31,042 nucleotides of DNA, taken from the NCBI GenBank assembly GCA_027080605.1, contig JALWRO010000021.1, positions 1 through 31,042 of the forward strand, in the 5' to 3' direction. The translations under genes and the position numbers were made by a program. Numbering within the stretch: the stretch's first letter is position 1; each line of letters starts with the position of its first letter. The DNA is from Campylobacterales bacterium (GTDB taxonomy: Bacteria; Campylobacterota; Campylobacteria; Campylobacterales; QNZT01). Of this stretch, positions 8,752 through 16,381 are shown piece after piece. The notes beneath the pieces were generated by a model. It saw only the letters and a program-made list of their open reading frames with translations. It was not told where the DNA came from and made no database searches.

Positions 8752-9144
8752 ATGATGACACGGGTGAGTACAGACAATGCACCGGCAGCAATAGGACCTT
8801 ATTCTCAGGCGGTCAAGGCAAATGGATTTATCTATACATCGGGTCAGATTCCGCTGACACCGGATGGCGAATTAGTGACAGGAGATATCCGTGATCAGAC
8901 CAGACAGGTTTTGACTAACCTGCGCGCTGTACTCGCGGTAGCGGGGAGCTCTATGGAAAATGTTGTCAAAACGACTATCTATTTGACCAATATGGATGAT
9001 TTTATCGCTGTCAATACAGTTTATGCAGAGTTTTTCGAAAATTCTTTCCCTGCCAGAAGTACAGTAGCGGTAAAATCATTGCCCAGAAATGTGAATATAG
9101 AGATCGATGTTGTTGCTTTGGACATGGGATTTGCACACCTTTAA
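8752..9144 (+). CDS. ridA: RidA/YjgF family enamine/imine deaminase
   Basis: APAAIGPYSQA, SGQIP, VKTTIYL, PARSTV, IEIDVVA; start at 8752 or 8755. Confidence 0.92.
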   Translation: MMTRVSTDNAPAAIGPYSQAVKANGFIYTSGQIPLTPDGELVTGDIRDQTRQVLTNLRAVLAVAGSSMENVVKTTIYLTNMDDFIAVNTVYAEFFENSFPARSTVAVKSLPRNVNIEIDVVALDMGFAHL

Positions 9145-9167
9145 TGAACTATTAATGTTTCAGAGGG

Positions 9168-9173
9168 TATAAT
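9168..9173 (+). promoter_or_regulatory. Putative -10 box (TATAAT) for rplU
   Basis: Consensus hexamer 28 nt upstream of the start; AAGGA RBS follows. Confidence 0.6.
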
Positions 9174-9201
9174 CGGCGTTCAAAATTTTAAACAAGGACA
9201 T

Positions 9202-9513
9202 ATGATGTATGCTATCATAAAAAACGGCGGAAAGCAGTATAAAGTCCAGGAGGGAGATTTTATCAATCTCGACAAACTTGGCGCTTCCCCGAAAGAGAAA
9301 ATTACTCTTACAGAAGTTCTTGCCGTAAACGACGGTGAGTTGAAGATAGGTACACCTTTCGTAGAAGGTGCTAAAGTAGAACTGGAAGTGGTTGCTGAAG
9401 GTAAAGACAAAAAAGTCATTATCTACAAAAAGAGAAGAAGAAAAGACTCCAAACTGAAAAAAGGTTTCAGACGAGAGTATACAAGAGTCAAAGTGACCGG
9501 AATCTCTGCGTAA
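9202..9513 (+). CDS. rplU: 50S ribosomal protein L21
   Basis: [42 protein letters not shown]; start at 9202 or 9205. Confidence 0.97.
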   Translation: MMYAIIKNGGKQYKVQEGDFINLDKLGASPKEKITLTEVLAVNDGELKIGTPFVEGAKVELEVVAEGKDKKVIIYKKRRRKDSKLKKGFRREYTRVKVTGISA

Positions 9514-9539
9514 ACTTTAGTATCGTTTTAATAGATGAG

Positions 9540-9575
9540 AAGGGGAGGCTCGTTTTTCGGGTCTCCCCTTTTTTT
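9540..9575 (+). terminator. Intrinsic terminator of rplU
   Basis: 13-bp stem AAGGGGAGGCTCG / CGGGTCTCCCCTT (two G.U pairs), 5-nt loop, T-run to 9575. Confidence 0.85.
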
Positions 9576-9669
9576 ATGTTCATGAAGAATCGGAATTTCA
9601 CCGATTTGCTTAAATTCTTTACCCCGAAAGGGGTTGGACATAAAGCCCAATTGCCGGTACAAACCGGGA

Positions 9670-10266
9670 TTATAACTCTTCTGCGTGTTTTGCGAGATAC
9701 TCTGCAACACCTTCTGTGTCTGCTTTCATTCCCTCTTCGCCTTTGTGCCAGCCTGCAGGGCAAACTTCACCGTGTTCGTCAGTAAAGAGCATTGCGTCGA
9801 TCATTCTGATCATTTCGTCAATATTTCTTCCCAGCGGCAGGTCATTGATGACGGCATGTCTGACGATTCTGTTTTTGTCGATCAGGAAAGATCCTCTGAG
9901 TGCTACGCTTTTGTTGAACAGAACGTCATATTTTTTTGCGATTTTTTTTGTCAGATCTGCTACGAGAGGGTATCTTACCTGTCCGATTCCGCCTTCGCTT
10001 ACCGGTGTGTTTTTCCATGCAAAGTGAGAGTATTGGCTATCAACGGAACAACCGATGACATTGATACCTCTTGATGTAAACTCATCGAGTCTGTGGTCGA
10101 AAGCAATGATCTCTGAAGGACAAACGAATGTAAAGTCCAGTGGATAGAAAAAGAGAACTGCTCCGTTTTCTCCGAGGTTTTCGCTCAGTTTAAAATCGTC
10201 AACGATGGTGTTGTCGCCGAGAACGGCAGTTGCAGTGAAGTTAGGTGCTTTGTTGGTTACTAACAT
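9670..10266 (-). CDS. ahpC: Typical 2-Cys peroxiredoxin (alkyl hydroperoxide reductase C)
   Basis: FFYPLDFTFVCPSE, ALRGSF, LPLGRN, EVCPAGW. Confidence 0.97.
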   Translation of the reverse strand: MLVTNKAPNFTATAVLGDNTIVDDFKLSENLGENGAVLFFYPLDFTFVCPSEIIAFDHRLDEFTSRGINVIGCSVDSQYSHFAWKNTPVSEGGIGQVRYPLVADLTKKIAKKYDVLFNKSVALRGSFLIDKNRIVRHAVINDLPLGRNIDEMIRMIDAMLFTDEHGEVCPAGWHKGEEGMKADTEGVAEYLAKHAEEL

Positions 10267-10378
10267 ATGTAAATCCTTTTTGTAAAATTTATTTGAGGAA
10301 AAATTTTATCGAATATTAACTTAAAAGTCGATAAGTTCTTCATGTAGATCGGCAGAATTGATAGAAAAAGATTTTTTT

Positions 10379-10387
10379 TGCTAAAAT
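10379..10387 (+). promoter_or_regulatory. Extended -10 box (TGCTAAAAT) directly abutting the 270-bp structured element; likely metK promoter
   Basis: TGn + TAAAAT preceded by a T-tract; the expected TSS (about 10393-10395) falls within the left repeat arm. Confidence 0.6.
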
Positions 10388-10657
10388 ATGGTCACATCTA
10401 AAACCCCTATGCGGTCTCAGCGTTACAGAGAACGTCACAATCAAGGCAGTACTTTGCAGCCTTAGCCGTCGCTAAGTCAAAAAGTGCTAACGCGGAGTGT
10501 GGCTTTCTCTGTAACGCCCTCCGGGAAGGCTTTGGAGGCACGATCTTTCCTCCGTTTTCCGATTGACGTAGTTATGGCTATGCCTGCTCGTAAAACAGAG
10601 AAAATCTCATGCCTCCAAAGTCCTCTGAGACCGCATAGGGGTTTTAGATGTGACCAT
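10388..10657 (+). repeat. 270-bp non-coding element with a perfect 33-bp terminal inverted repeat enclosing two long hairpins (structured RNA leader/ncRNA or MITE-like element)
   Basis: 10388-10420 ATGGTCACATCTAAAACCCCTATGCGGTCTCAG is the exact reverse complement of 10625-10657. Inner stems: 10421-10432/10505-10516 (12 bp) and 10530-10540/10610-10620 (11 bp). The repeats are certain; the functional class is not. Confidence 0.9.
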
Positions 10658-10692
10658 GAACACGATTTTTATTATACATACAGGGAACTTAG

Positions 10693-11853
10693 ATGTTAAA
10701 AAACTTTTTGTTTACAAGTGAGTCAGTCACGGAGGGGCATCCGGACAAGATGGCTGACCAGATCAGCGATGCGATTTTAGATTATATTATTGAAAGAGAT
10801 CCAAATGCCAGAGTAGCATGCGAGACGATGCTTTCCAACGGTTTTTGTGTGATTGCGGGAGAGTTGAAGACGACCACCTATGCACCGATGCAGGATATCG
10901 CCAGAGAAGTAGTGCGTGAGATCGGCTATACCGATGCGCAGTACGGCTTTGACTACCGCAGCGCCGGTGTGCTCAACGGAGTAGGGGAACAGAGTGTCGA
11001 TATCAATCAGGGTGTCGACCAGGCAGGCGGTGAGATTGGAGCAGGTGATCAGGGACTGATGTTCGGATATGCCTGTAAAGAGACTGATGTCTTGATGCCG
11101 TTGCCGATTCATATGGCGCATCGTCTGACCCAGGGACTGGCGGAGGCGAGAAAGAGTGGCTTGATTCCTTTTTTACGTCCTGACGGCAAGGCACAGGTGA
11201 GTATTCGCTATGAAAACGGGGTACCTGCAGAGATCGACACGATTGTTATCTCAACGCAGCATGCGCCGAGTGTGGAGCAAAATACCCTTAAAGAGGCGGT
11301 GATTGAAGAGATTGTCAAGAAAAATATTCCGGAAGGAATCAAAGCAGACAATATCAAGTACCATATCAATCCGACAGGACGTTTTGTCATTGGCGGTCCG
11401 CAGGGCGATGCCGGTTTGACAGGACGGAAGATTATTGTCGATACATATGGTGGAAGCTGTCCTCACGGCGGTGGGGCGTTCAGTGGGAAAGATCCTTCCA
11501 AAGTGGACAGAAGTGCAGCGTATATGGCACGTTATATTGCTAAAAACCTTGTGGCTGCGGGTGTCTGTGACAAAGCGACGATCCAGCTTGCCTATGCGAT
11601 CGGCGTAGTAGAGCCTGTATCGATTCTGGTTGATACCCACGGTACTTCGTATGTCGATGAGAGCAGACTGGAAGCGTGTGTGCGTGAGTTTTTCCGTCTG
11701 ACGCCGCGGGGAATTATCGAAAGTCTCGATCTTTTGCGTCCCATTTATCGCAAGACAGCTGCGTATGGGCATTTTGGACGGGAACTGGATACTTTCAGCT
11801 GGGAAAGAAAAGACAAAGTGTCACAAATTAAAGACTATTTCGGATTAAAGTAA
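10693..11853 (+). CDS. metK: S-adenosylmethionine synthetase
   Basis: [58 protein letters not shown]. Confidence 0.98.
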   Translation: MLKNFLFTSESVTEGHPDKMADQISDAILDYIIERDPNARVACETMLSNGFCVIAGELKTTTYAPMQDIAREVVREIGYTDAQYGFDYRSAGVLNGVGEQSVDINQGVDQAGGEIGAGDQGLMFGYACKETDVLMPLPIHMAHRLTQGLAEARKSGLIPFLRPDGKAQVSIRYENGVPAEIDTIVISTQHAPSVEQNTLKEAVIEEIVKKNIPEGIKADNIKYHINPTGRFVIGGPQGDAGLTGRKIIVDTYGGSCPHGGGAFSGKDPSKVDRSAAYMARYIAKNLVAAGVCDKATIQLAYAIGVVEPVSILVDTHGTSYVDESRLEACVREFFRLTPRGIIESLDLLRPIYRKTAAYGHFGRELDTFSWERKDKVSQIKDYFGLK

Positions 11854-11891
11854 GTAAAAATTATATTTTTAGATTTCTTTTATATTCCATA

Positions 11892-11900
11892 TGTTATAGT
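11892..11900 (+). promoter_or_regulatory. Extended -10 box (TGTTATAGT) for fdxA
   Basis: Near-consensus, 32 nt upstream of the ATG; AAGGAG RBS follows. Confidence 0.55.
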
Positions 11901-11932
11901 TTTATTCAACTTATTAAAGTGAAGGAGAAAAT

Positions 11933-12208
11933 ATGGCAGTAATGATTACAGATACTTGTATCAATTGTGGTGCTTGCATCGACGAATGTCCGGTAGAAGC
12001 TATTGTAGATGACGAGGATAATCCAACAGGGGAAGAGATTTACTACGTTTATGCAGACAAATGTGTAGAGTGTGTCGGTTACCATGATACACCTGCATGT
12101 GCTGAAGCATGTCCTACAGAGGGTTGTATTCAGTGGGGTGATTGCGGTGAAGGCATGACATGCTCTGAGAACAGAGGCGAAAAAGGCGAGCCTGTTATCG
12201 AAGACTGA
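11933..12208 (+). CDS. fdxA: 2[4Fe-4S] ferredoxin
   Basis: CINCGACIDECP and CVEC...CAEACP clusters; position upstream of ndk as in C. jejuni. Confidence 0.92.
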   Translation: MAVMITDTCINCGACIDECPVEAIVDDEDNPTGEEIYYVYADKCVECVGYHDTPACAEACPTEGCIQWGDCGEGMTCSENRGEKGEPVIED

Positions 12209-12231
12209 TCTACAACATATAAATATTGTGT

Positions 12232-12261
12232 AAAGCCCCGGAACTCAGCTTTCCGGGCTTT
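12232..12261 (+). terminator. Probable terminator hairpin after fdxA
   Basis: AAAGCCC(C)GGAA / TTCCGGGCTTT with one bulged C, followed by a pyrimidine/T-rich tract. Confidence 0.65.
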
Positions 12262-12308
12262 GCCGATTCTTCTTTTTTTCTGCTTTAAACTTTATTATAG
12301 ATTTCATT

Positions 12309-12317
12309 TGATATACT
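12309..12317 (+). promoter_or_regulatory. Extended -10 box (TGATATACT) for the ndk operon
   Basis: Near-consensus, 47 nt upstream of the ndk ATG. Confidence 0.5.
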
Positions 12318-12364
12318 CTCAGCCTTTATTTTAAGATGAAAAATAGCTATTGGAGCAATATATT

Positions 12365-12778
12365 ATGGAACAAACATTATCCATCATCAAACCTGATGCG
12401 GTTCAAAAAGGTGTTATCGGTAAGATAATCGACAGATTCGAAAGCAATGGACTTCGTATTGCGGCAATGAAAAAGATCAAATTGAGTGAAGAGGTTGCCG
12501 GCGGTTTTTACGCTGAGCACAGAGAGAGACCTTTCTTCGGTGATCTGGTTGCTTTTATGACAAGCGGTCCGGTTGTGGTTATGGTTCTCGAAGGTGAAAA
12601 TGCGATTGCCAAAAACAGAGAACTGATGGGTGCAACAAACCCGAAAGAGGCGGAAGCAGGTACAATCAGAGCAGACTTTGCCGAAAGTATCGATGCCAAT
12701 GCAGTACACGGAAGCGACTCTGAAACGAGTGCGGCACGTGAAATAAAGTATTTCTTTAGCGATATTGAGATATTATAA
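12365..12778 (+). CDS. ndk: Nucleoside diphosphate kinase
   Basis: [41 protein letters not shown]. Start moved to ATG 12365 (GGAG RBS at 12352), 137 aa. Confidence 0.97.
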   Translation: MEQTLSIIKPDAVQKGVIGKIIDRFESNGLRIAAMKKIKLSEEVAGGFYAEHRERPFFGDLVAFMTSGPVVVMVLEGENAIAKNRELMGATNPKEAEAGTIRADFAESIDANAVHGSDSETSAAREIKYFFSDIEIL

Positions 12779-12798
12779 GAAATTATTAAAAATAATTT

Positions 12799-13161
12799 AT
12801 GAGAATAGAGTTTCGTAAAATAACTTCAAATGCCAGTCCGTTTGAGATTAAGAAAAGTGCTTTTATATCCAGAGGTACTTTTCGGAAGCTCTCTCAAAAA
12901 CTTGTAGAACTCGATTTTCATCTCTATGCCCCGGCTATGCTGGTGTGTGACAGATGTGGAAATGAGTATCTTCATGAAATGGATAAGAAAATATCTTTGA
13001 AAGTCAGTGACGGCGCTTTTGAAGGTGAAGATCTTGATGTAATAGAGTATTTTGACCATTATGTCGATTTTGACGCTATTATGCTGAGTGAAATTGAAGC
13101 GGAGAAGAGTGACTACCACTTTTGTCCAAATTGTAAAAATCAAGAAATAACAGGAGAATAA
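12799..13161 (+). CDS. YceD/DUF177-like protein
   Basis: CDRC and CPNC metal-binding pairs; conserved position immediately before rpmF. Confidence 0.75.
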   Translation: MRIEFRKITSNASPFEIKKSAFISRGTFRKLSQKLVELDFHLYAPAMLVCDRCGNEYLHEMDKKISLKVSDGAFEGEDLDVIEYFDHYVDFDAIMLSEIEAEKSDYHFCPNCKNQEITGE

Positions 13162-13163
13162 TT

Positions 13164-13316
13164 ATGGCAGTACCAAAGAGACGTGTAAGTAAAACCAGAG
13201 CGGCAAAAAGAAGAACACACTATAAACTGACTTTACCGAGACCGGTAAAGGATGCTGACGGAACATGGAGAATGCCTCATCGTGTAAACAAAACGACAGG
13301 TGAATACAAAGCCTGA
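13164..13316 (+). CDS. rpmF: 50S ribosomal protein L32 (missing from the ORF track)
   Basis: Translated by hand: [50 protein letters not shown] (50 aa); AGGAG RBS; no cysteines. Confidence 0.97.
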   Translation: MAVPKRRVSKTRAAKRRTHYKLTLPRPVKDADGTWRMPHRVNKTTGEYKA

Positions 13317-13324
13317 GTTTTTAA

Positions 13325-14326
13325 ATGTATACAATAGCTGTTGATGCGATGGGAGGAGATCACGGATCTTTTCCCAACGTAAAAGGAACCATACTGGCAC
13401 TTCGCAAAAGCAAGAAAAAGTTTAAAGTCATTCTTGTCGGTGACCCATCGACTTTTTCACACAAAATTCCCAAAAAGCTTTTGCCTTATATCGAAATTGT
13501 CGAAACGAAAGATGTTTTTGGAATGGAAGAGAGTGCCACAGAGGTTCTGAAGCGTAAAGAGTCTTCACTCTATAAAGCGATCGAACTGGTGCGTGAAGGG
13601 CGAGCCGATGCTGTTGTATCTGCAGGACACAGCGGAGCGACGATGAGCCTGGCGACACTGCGTATCGGCAGAATAAAGGGTGTACAGCGACCGGCTATTG
13701 CAACATTGATGCCTACGGAGACGGGAGGCAAAACGCTTGTACTCGATGTTGGAGCAAATACCGACTGTAAGCCCGAGCATCTCTTTCAGTTTGCTATTTT
13801 GGGCGAAGCGTATGCCAAAGATGTATTGAAAGTACCGTCACCGAGGATCGGTCTGCTTTCCAACGGTGAAGAAGAGTCCAAAGGCAATGAAATCACCAAA
13901 GCGACTTTTCCGATGCTGAAAAAGATGGATGCGTTTATCGGCAATGTTGAAGGTAACGATATTTTCAATAACAGTGTCGATGTCGTGGTATGCGATGGAT
14001 TTATAGGCAATATTTTGCTGAAAACGAGTGAAGGTGTGGCGACATCTATTTCCAAACTGATCAAAATGAATATCAAACGATCGCCCAGAGCACTGACCGG
14101 TGCCCTTTTGATGCGCCGTGTTTTCAAGCTGCTGAAAAAGCAGATCGACTATGCGGAGTACGGCGGAGCACCGCTTATAGGTGTCAAAAAACCGACGATC
14201 ATATGTCATGGAAAAAGCAATCATATTGCGATCAAAAATGCGATCTATCAGGCGCTTTCATTTGCAGAGTCTGATATTAACGAAGATATCGCCCAAAATA
14301 TAGCTTCATACAAAATCGATACTTAA
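13325..14326 (+). CDS. plsX: Phosphate acyltransferase
   Basis: [58 protein letters not shown]. Confidence 0.97.
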   Translation: MYTIAVDAMGGDHGSFPNVKGTILALRKSKKKFKVILVGDPSTFSHKIPKKLLPYIEIVETKDVFGMEESATEVLKRKESSLYKAIELVREGRADAVVSAGHSGATMSLATLRIGRIKGVQRPAIATLMPTETGGKTLVLDVGANTDCKPEHLFQFAILGEAYAKDVLKVPSPRIGLLSNGEEESKGNEITKATFPMLKKMDAFIGNVEGNDIFNNSVDVVVCDGFIGNILLKTSEGVATSISKLIKMNIKRSPRALTGALLMRRVFKLLKKQIDYAEYGGAPLIGVKKPTIICHGKSNHIAIKNAIYQALSFAESDINEDIAQNIASYKIDT

Positions 14327-14337
14327 AAGGATTTCCA

Positions 14338-15336
14338 GTGTACGCTTCGTTTAAATCTATAGGCGCCTATGTTCCACCAAAGAGATTAACCAATAAAGAT
14401 CTTGAAAATATTGTTGAAACTAGCGACGAGTGGATCAAACAACGTACGGGAATTGAAAACCGTTTTATTGCCGATGAGAATGAGTCTACAAGTGATCTGG
14501 CGTATAAAGCGGCTGAAAAAGCAATAGCACGCAGCGGTCTTGCGAAAGAGGAGATCGATGCAATTATCTGTGCAACGATTACTCCCGATTTTTTCTGTAT
14601 GCCTTCCACAGCCTGTGTCGTTGCGGACAAACTGGGAATCAAATATGTTACGGCATTTGATATTTCTGCGGCATGCAGCGGGTTTGTCTATGCGCTCAAT
14701 ATCGCCAAAGCCTTTATTGAATCGGGTTTGAAAAAGAATGTCTTGATTATCGGTGCTGAGAAACTGAGTGCAATTGTTGACTATACCGACAGAACGACTT
14801 GTGTACTTTTCGGAGACGGAGCAGGTGCTGCCGTGATCGGTGCAACCGATAAAAAAGAGGAATCGGTACTCGATATTCATACCTCTGCGGACGGTGCATA
14901 TCAGGATTTTCTGATCACACCGGGCGGAGGAAGTCAAAATCCCTGTTCTCAAAAGGTGCTCGACGAACATCTGCAGTATCTGAAAATGAAGGGTAACGAA
15001 ACCTTTAAACTGGCGGTCAATACACTGACCAAAGACGTGACACGTATTTTAGAAAAAAATGCTTTGACCAGTGCAGACGTTGATTTCTTTATTCCCCATC
15101 AGGCAAATTTTCGTATTATTGATGCAGTCGGGCGCAAGCTGAAGTTTCCGGAAGAGAAGATTGTCATGACTGTTGCAAAATATGGTAATACTTCGGCAGC
15201 TTCTATCCCGATGGCAATCAACGACTGGTATGAATCCGGTAACCTCAAAGCAGGTGATTTGATGCTGCTGGATACATTTGGAGGCGGTTTGACCTGGGGA
15301 AGCGCACTGGTGCATTTTAACCAGCGTAATTTATGA
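14338..15336 (+). CDS. fabH: Beta-ketoacyl-ACP synthase III
   Basis: [38 protein letters not shown]; GTG start. Confidence 0.97.
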   Translation: MYASFKSIGAYVPPKRLTNKDLENIVETSDEWIKQRTGIENRFIADENESTSDLAYKAAEKAIARSGLAKEEIDAIICATITPDFFCMPSTACVVADKLGIKYVTAFDISAACSGFVYALNIAKAFIESGLKKNVLIIGAEKLSAIVDYTDRTTCVLFGDGAGAAVIGATDKKEESVLDIHTSADGAYQDFLITPGGGSQNPCSQKVLDEHLQYLKMKGNETFKLAVNTLTKDVTRILEKNALTSADVDFFIPHQANFRIIDAVGRKLKFPEEKIVMTVAKYGNTSAASIPMAINDWYESGNLKAGDLMLLDTFGGGLTWGSALVHFNQRNL

Positions 15337-15692
15337 AGATATACGAAAACAGTTTCGCCTATATCGAACCTGAAGAGAGTGAAGTTCCCTGGCTGAAAAT
15401 TTTTACCCAAAAACCGTATAAAGAATTTTCCGAGGCGCCTGCCGAAGTGAAAAAAGAGATCTGGCATTTGCTGGATATTATCGAAAAAGAGATGCTCTCC
15501 TTTTACCAGCCCGATAAAATCAATATCGCTTCCTTCGGTAACTATGTACCGCATCTGCATTTTCATATTATGGCACGTTTTCAAAACGACTCTTTCTTTC
15601 CGGAACCGATGTGGGGCAAAAAACAGCGCGAAGGAAGTTATGAGTTGAAAGAGTTTGCCTCTTTTATAGAACAGTTACAGCAAAAATTATAA
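15333..15692 (+). CDS. HIT-family nucleotide hydrolase
   Basis: [15 protein letters not shown] (HxHxH triad). Confidence 0.88.
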   Translation: MKIYENSFAYIEPEESEVPWLKIFTQKPYKEFSEAPAEVKKEIWHLLDIIEKEMLSFYQPDKINIASFGNYVPHLHFHIMARFQNDSFFPEPMWGKKQREGSYELKEFASFIEQLQQKL

Positions 15693-16304
15693 CCCCTCCT
15701 CAATAATTTTCCACAAAAAATCAACCTCTTCATCTGCGAGAAACAGTGTACTTCCCTCTCTGAAAAGTGTTTCGATGTTTTGTTTATTAATGATTTGTCC
15801 AAAAAGGCAGCGCTGATGTGCCGGTAAAAATCCACGGGTCAAAACCAGGTCGTTTTCTATCTCTCCCTCACAGATAAAACAGCTGAAATCATTGTGGAGA
15901 CGACCTTCATGAAGCAGGATTTTGATATATGATTCGACAAGGCAGCGTTTGGGATTTTGTTTACTGAATCTGGTGCTGATTTCATCGAGAAGATCGAAGT
16001 AAAAAGTATCCACTTCTTCAATATCGCGAAGATGCTGATAGAGGAGTTTGATAAACTGTTGCCAGAGGTAAAATTTGTCAATATTAAGTATCCAGGGAAC
16101 ACTCAGGTGGAGGACGTTGCGTAGCATGTTGATTGTTGATTTCGGACTGAATTGTTCTTCGAAATCGATCTTGTATCCCAGATGAATATTTGCATGACGT
16201 GCACCGTAAAATCTGTAAAGTGTTTTTAACTTTTTTTGTGTTAAGAGTGTGACAATCAAGTCCTCTTCCTTAACTCTGACGATGTTGAGTATATAGCCTT
16301 GCAT
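15687..16304 (-). CDS. recO: DNA repair protein RecO (Campylobacterota type)
   Basis: MQGYIL..KEEDLIV, RFYGARH, LGYKIDFE, C-terminal CFIC..H..C zinc motif. Start moved to ATG 16304. Confidence 0.88.
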   Translation of the reverse strand: MQGYILNIVRVKEEDLIVTLLTQKKLKTLYRFYGARHANIHLGYKIDFEEQFSPKSTINMLRNVLHLSVPWILNIDKFYLWQQFIKLLYQHLRDIEEVDTFYFDLLDEISTRFSKQNPKRCLVESYIKILLHEGRLHNDFSCFICEGEIENDLVLTRGFLPAHQRCLFGQIINKQNIETLFREGSTLFLADEEVDFLWKIIEEGL

Positions 16305-16331
16305 AGGGGTTCCTGGCATAAATTAAACTGA

Positions 16332-16340
16332 ATTTTACCA
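16332..16340 (-). promoter_or_regulatory. Extended -10 box (TGGTAAAAT) for recO
   Basis: ATTTTACCA on the + strand, 27 nt upstream of the recO start. Confidence 0.5.
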
Positions 16341-16349
16341 CGATTCAGC

Positions 16350-16355
16350 TATAAT
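16350..16355 (+). promoter_or_regulatory. -10 box (TATAAT) for gltBD
   Basis: Consensus hexamer 26 nt upstream of ATG 16382; AAAGG RBS. Confidence 0.6.
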
Positions 16356-16381
16356 AAGCAACTTTTTATTAAAGGTTGTTT

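Noticed and set aside
9141-9155. TTAA-N7-TTAA upstream of the rplU promoter as a CosR/HP1043-type site
   Set aside because: Too short and AT-rich to support, and I cannot verify the consensus from the sequence alone.
9607-9667. Partial similarity to the c-di-GMP-I riboswitch (GAAA hairpin followed by GGACATAAAGCC)
   Set aside because: The 5' P1 strand and tetraloop receptor do not match, and that strand points into the 3' end of ahpC with no gene to regulate.
9528-9710. 60-aa minus-strand ORF across the rplU-ahpC gap
   Set aside because: It overlaps ahpC out of frame, runs through terminator hairpins, and shows no family resemblance.
10421-10530. GTTACA/TGTAAC pairing reminiscent of the SMK (SAM-III) riboswitch
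   Set aside because: The other SMK core elements and the SD-sequestering geometry are absent; the metK RBS is about 170 nt away and outside the fold.
10388-10657. Retron msr-msd resemblance (a1/a2 repeats enclosing hairpins)
   Set aside because: No reverse transcriptase gene anywhere in the window; the flanks are ahpC and metK.
10388-10699. Small ORFs in the element (25 aa from 10388, 41 aa from 10574, 71 aa track ORF, 16 aa on the minus strand); type I toxin idea
   Set aside because: No RBS, no hydrophobic toxin-like peptide, no recognisable family.
13164-13316. Cysteine-free L32 as a zinc-starvation paralog
   Set aside because: It lies in the canonical yceD-rpmF-plsX position, and Cys-free L32 appears normal for this phylum.
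16301-16311. GCATAGGGGTT at the recO start is identical to 11 nt of the 33-bp repeat arm
   Set aside because: An 11-mer match from a 33-nt query in 31 kb on two strands is expected by chance with appreciable probability (rough estimate about one in three).
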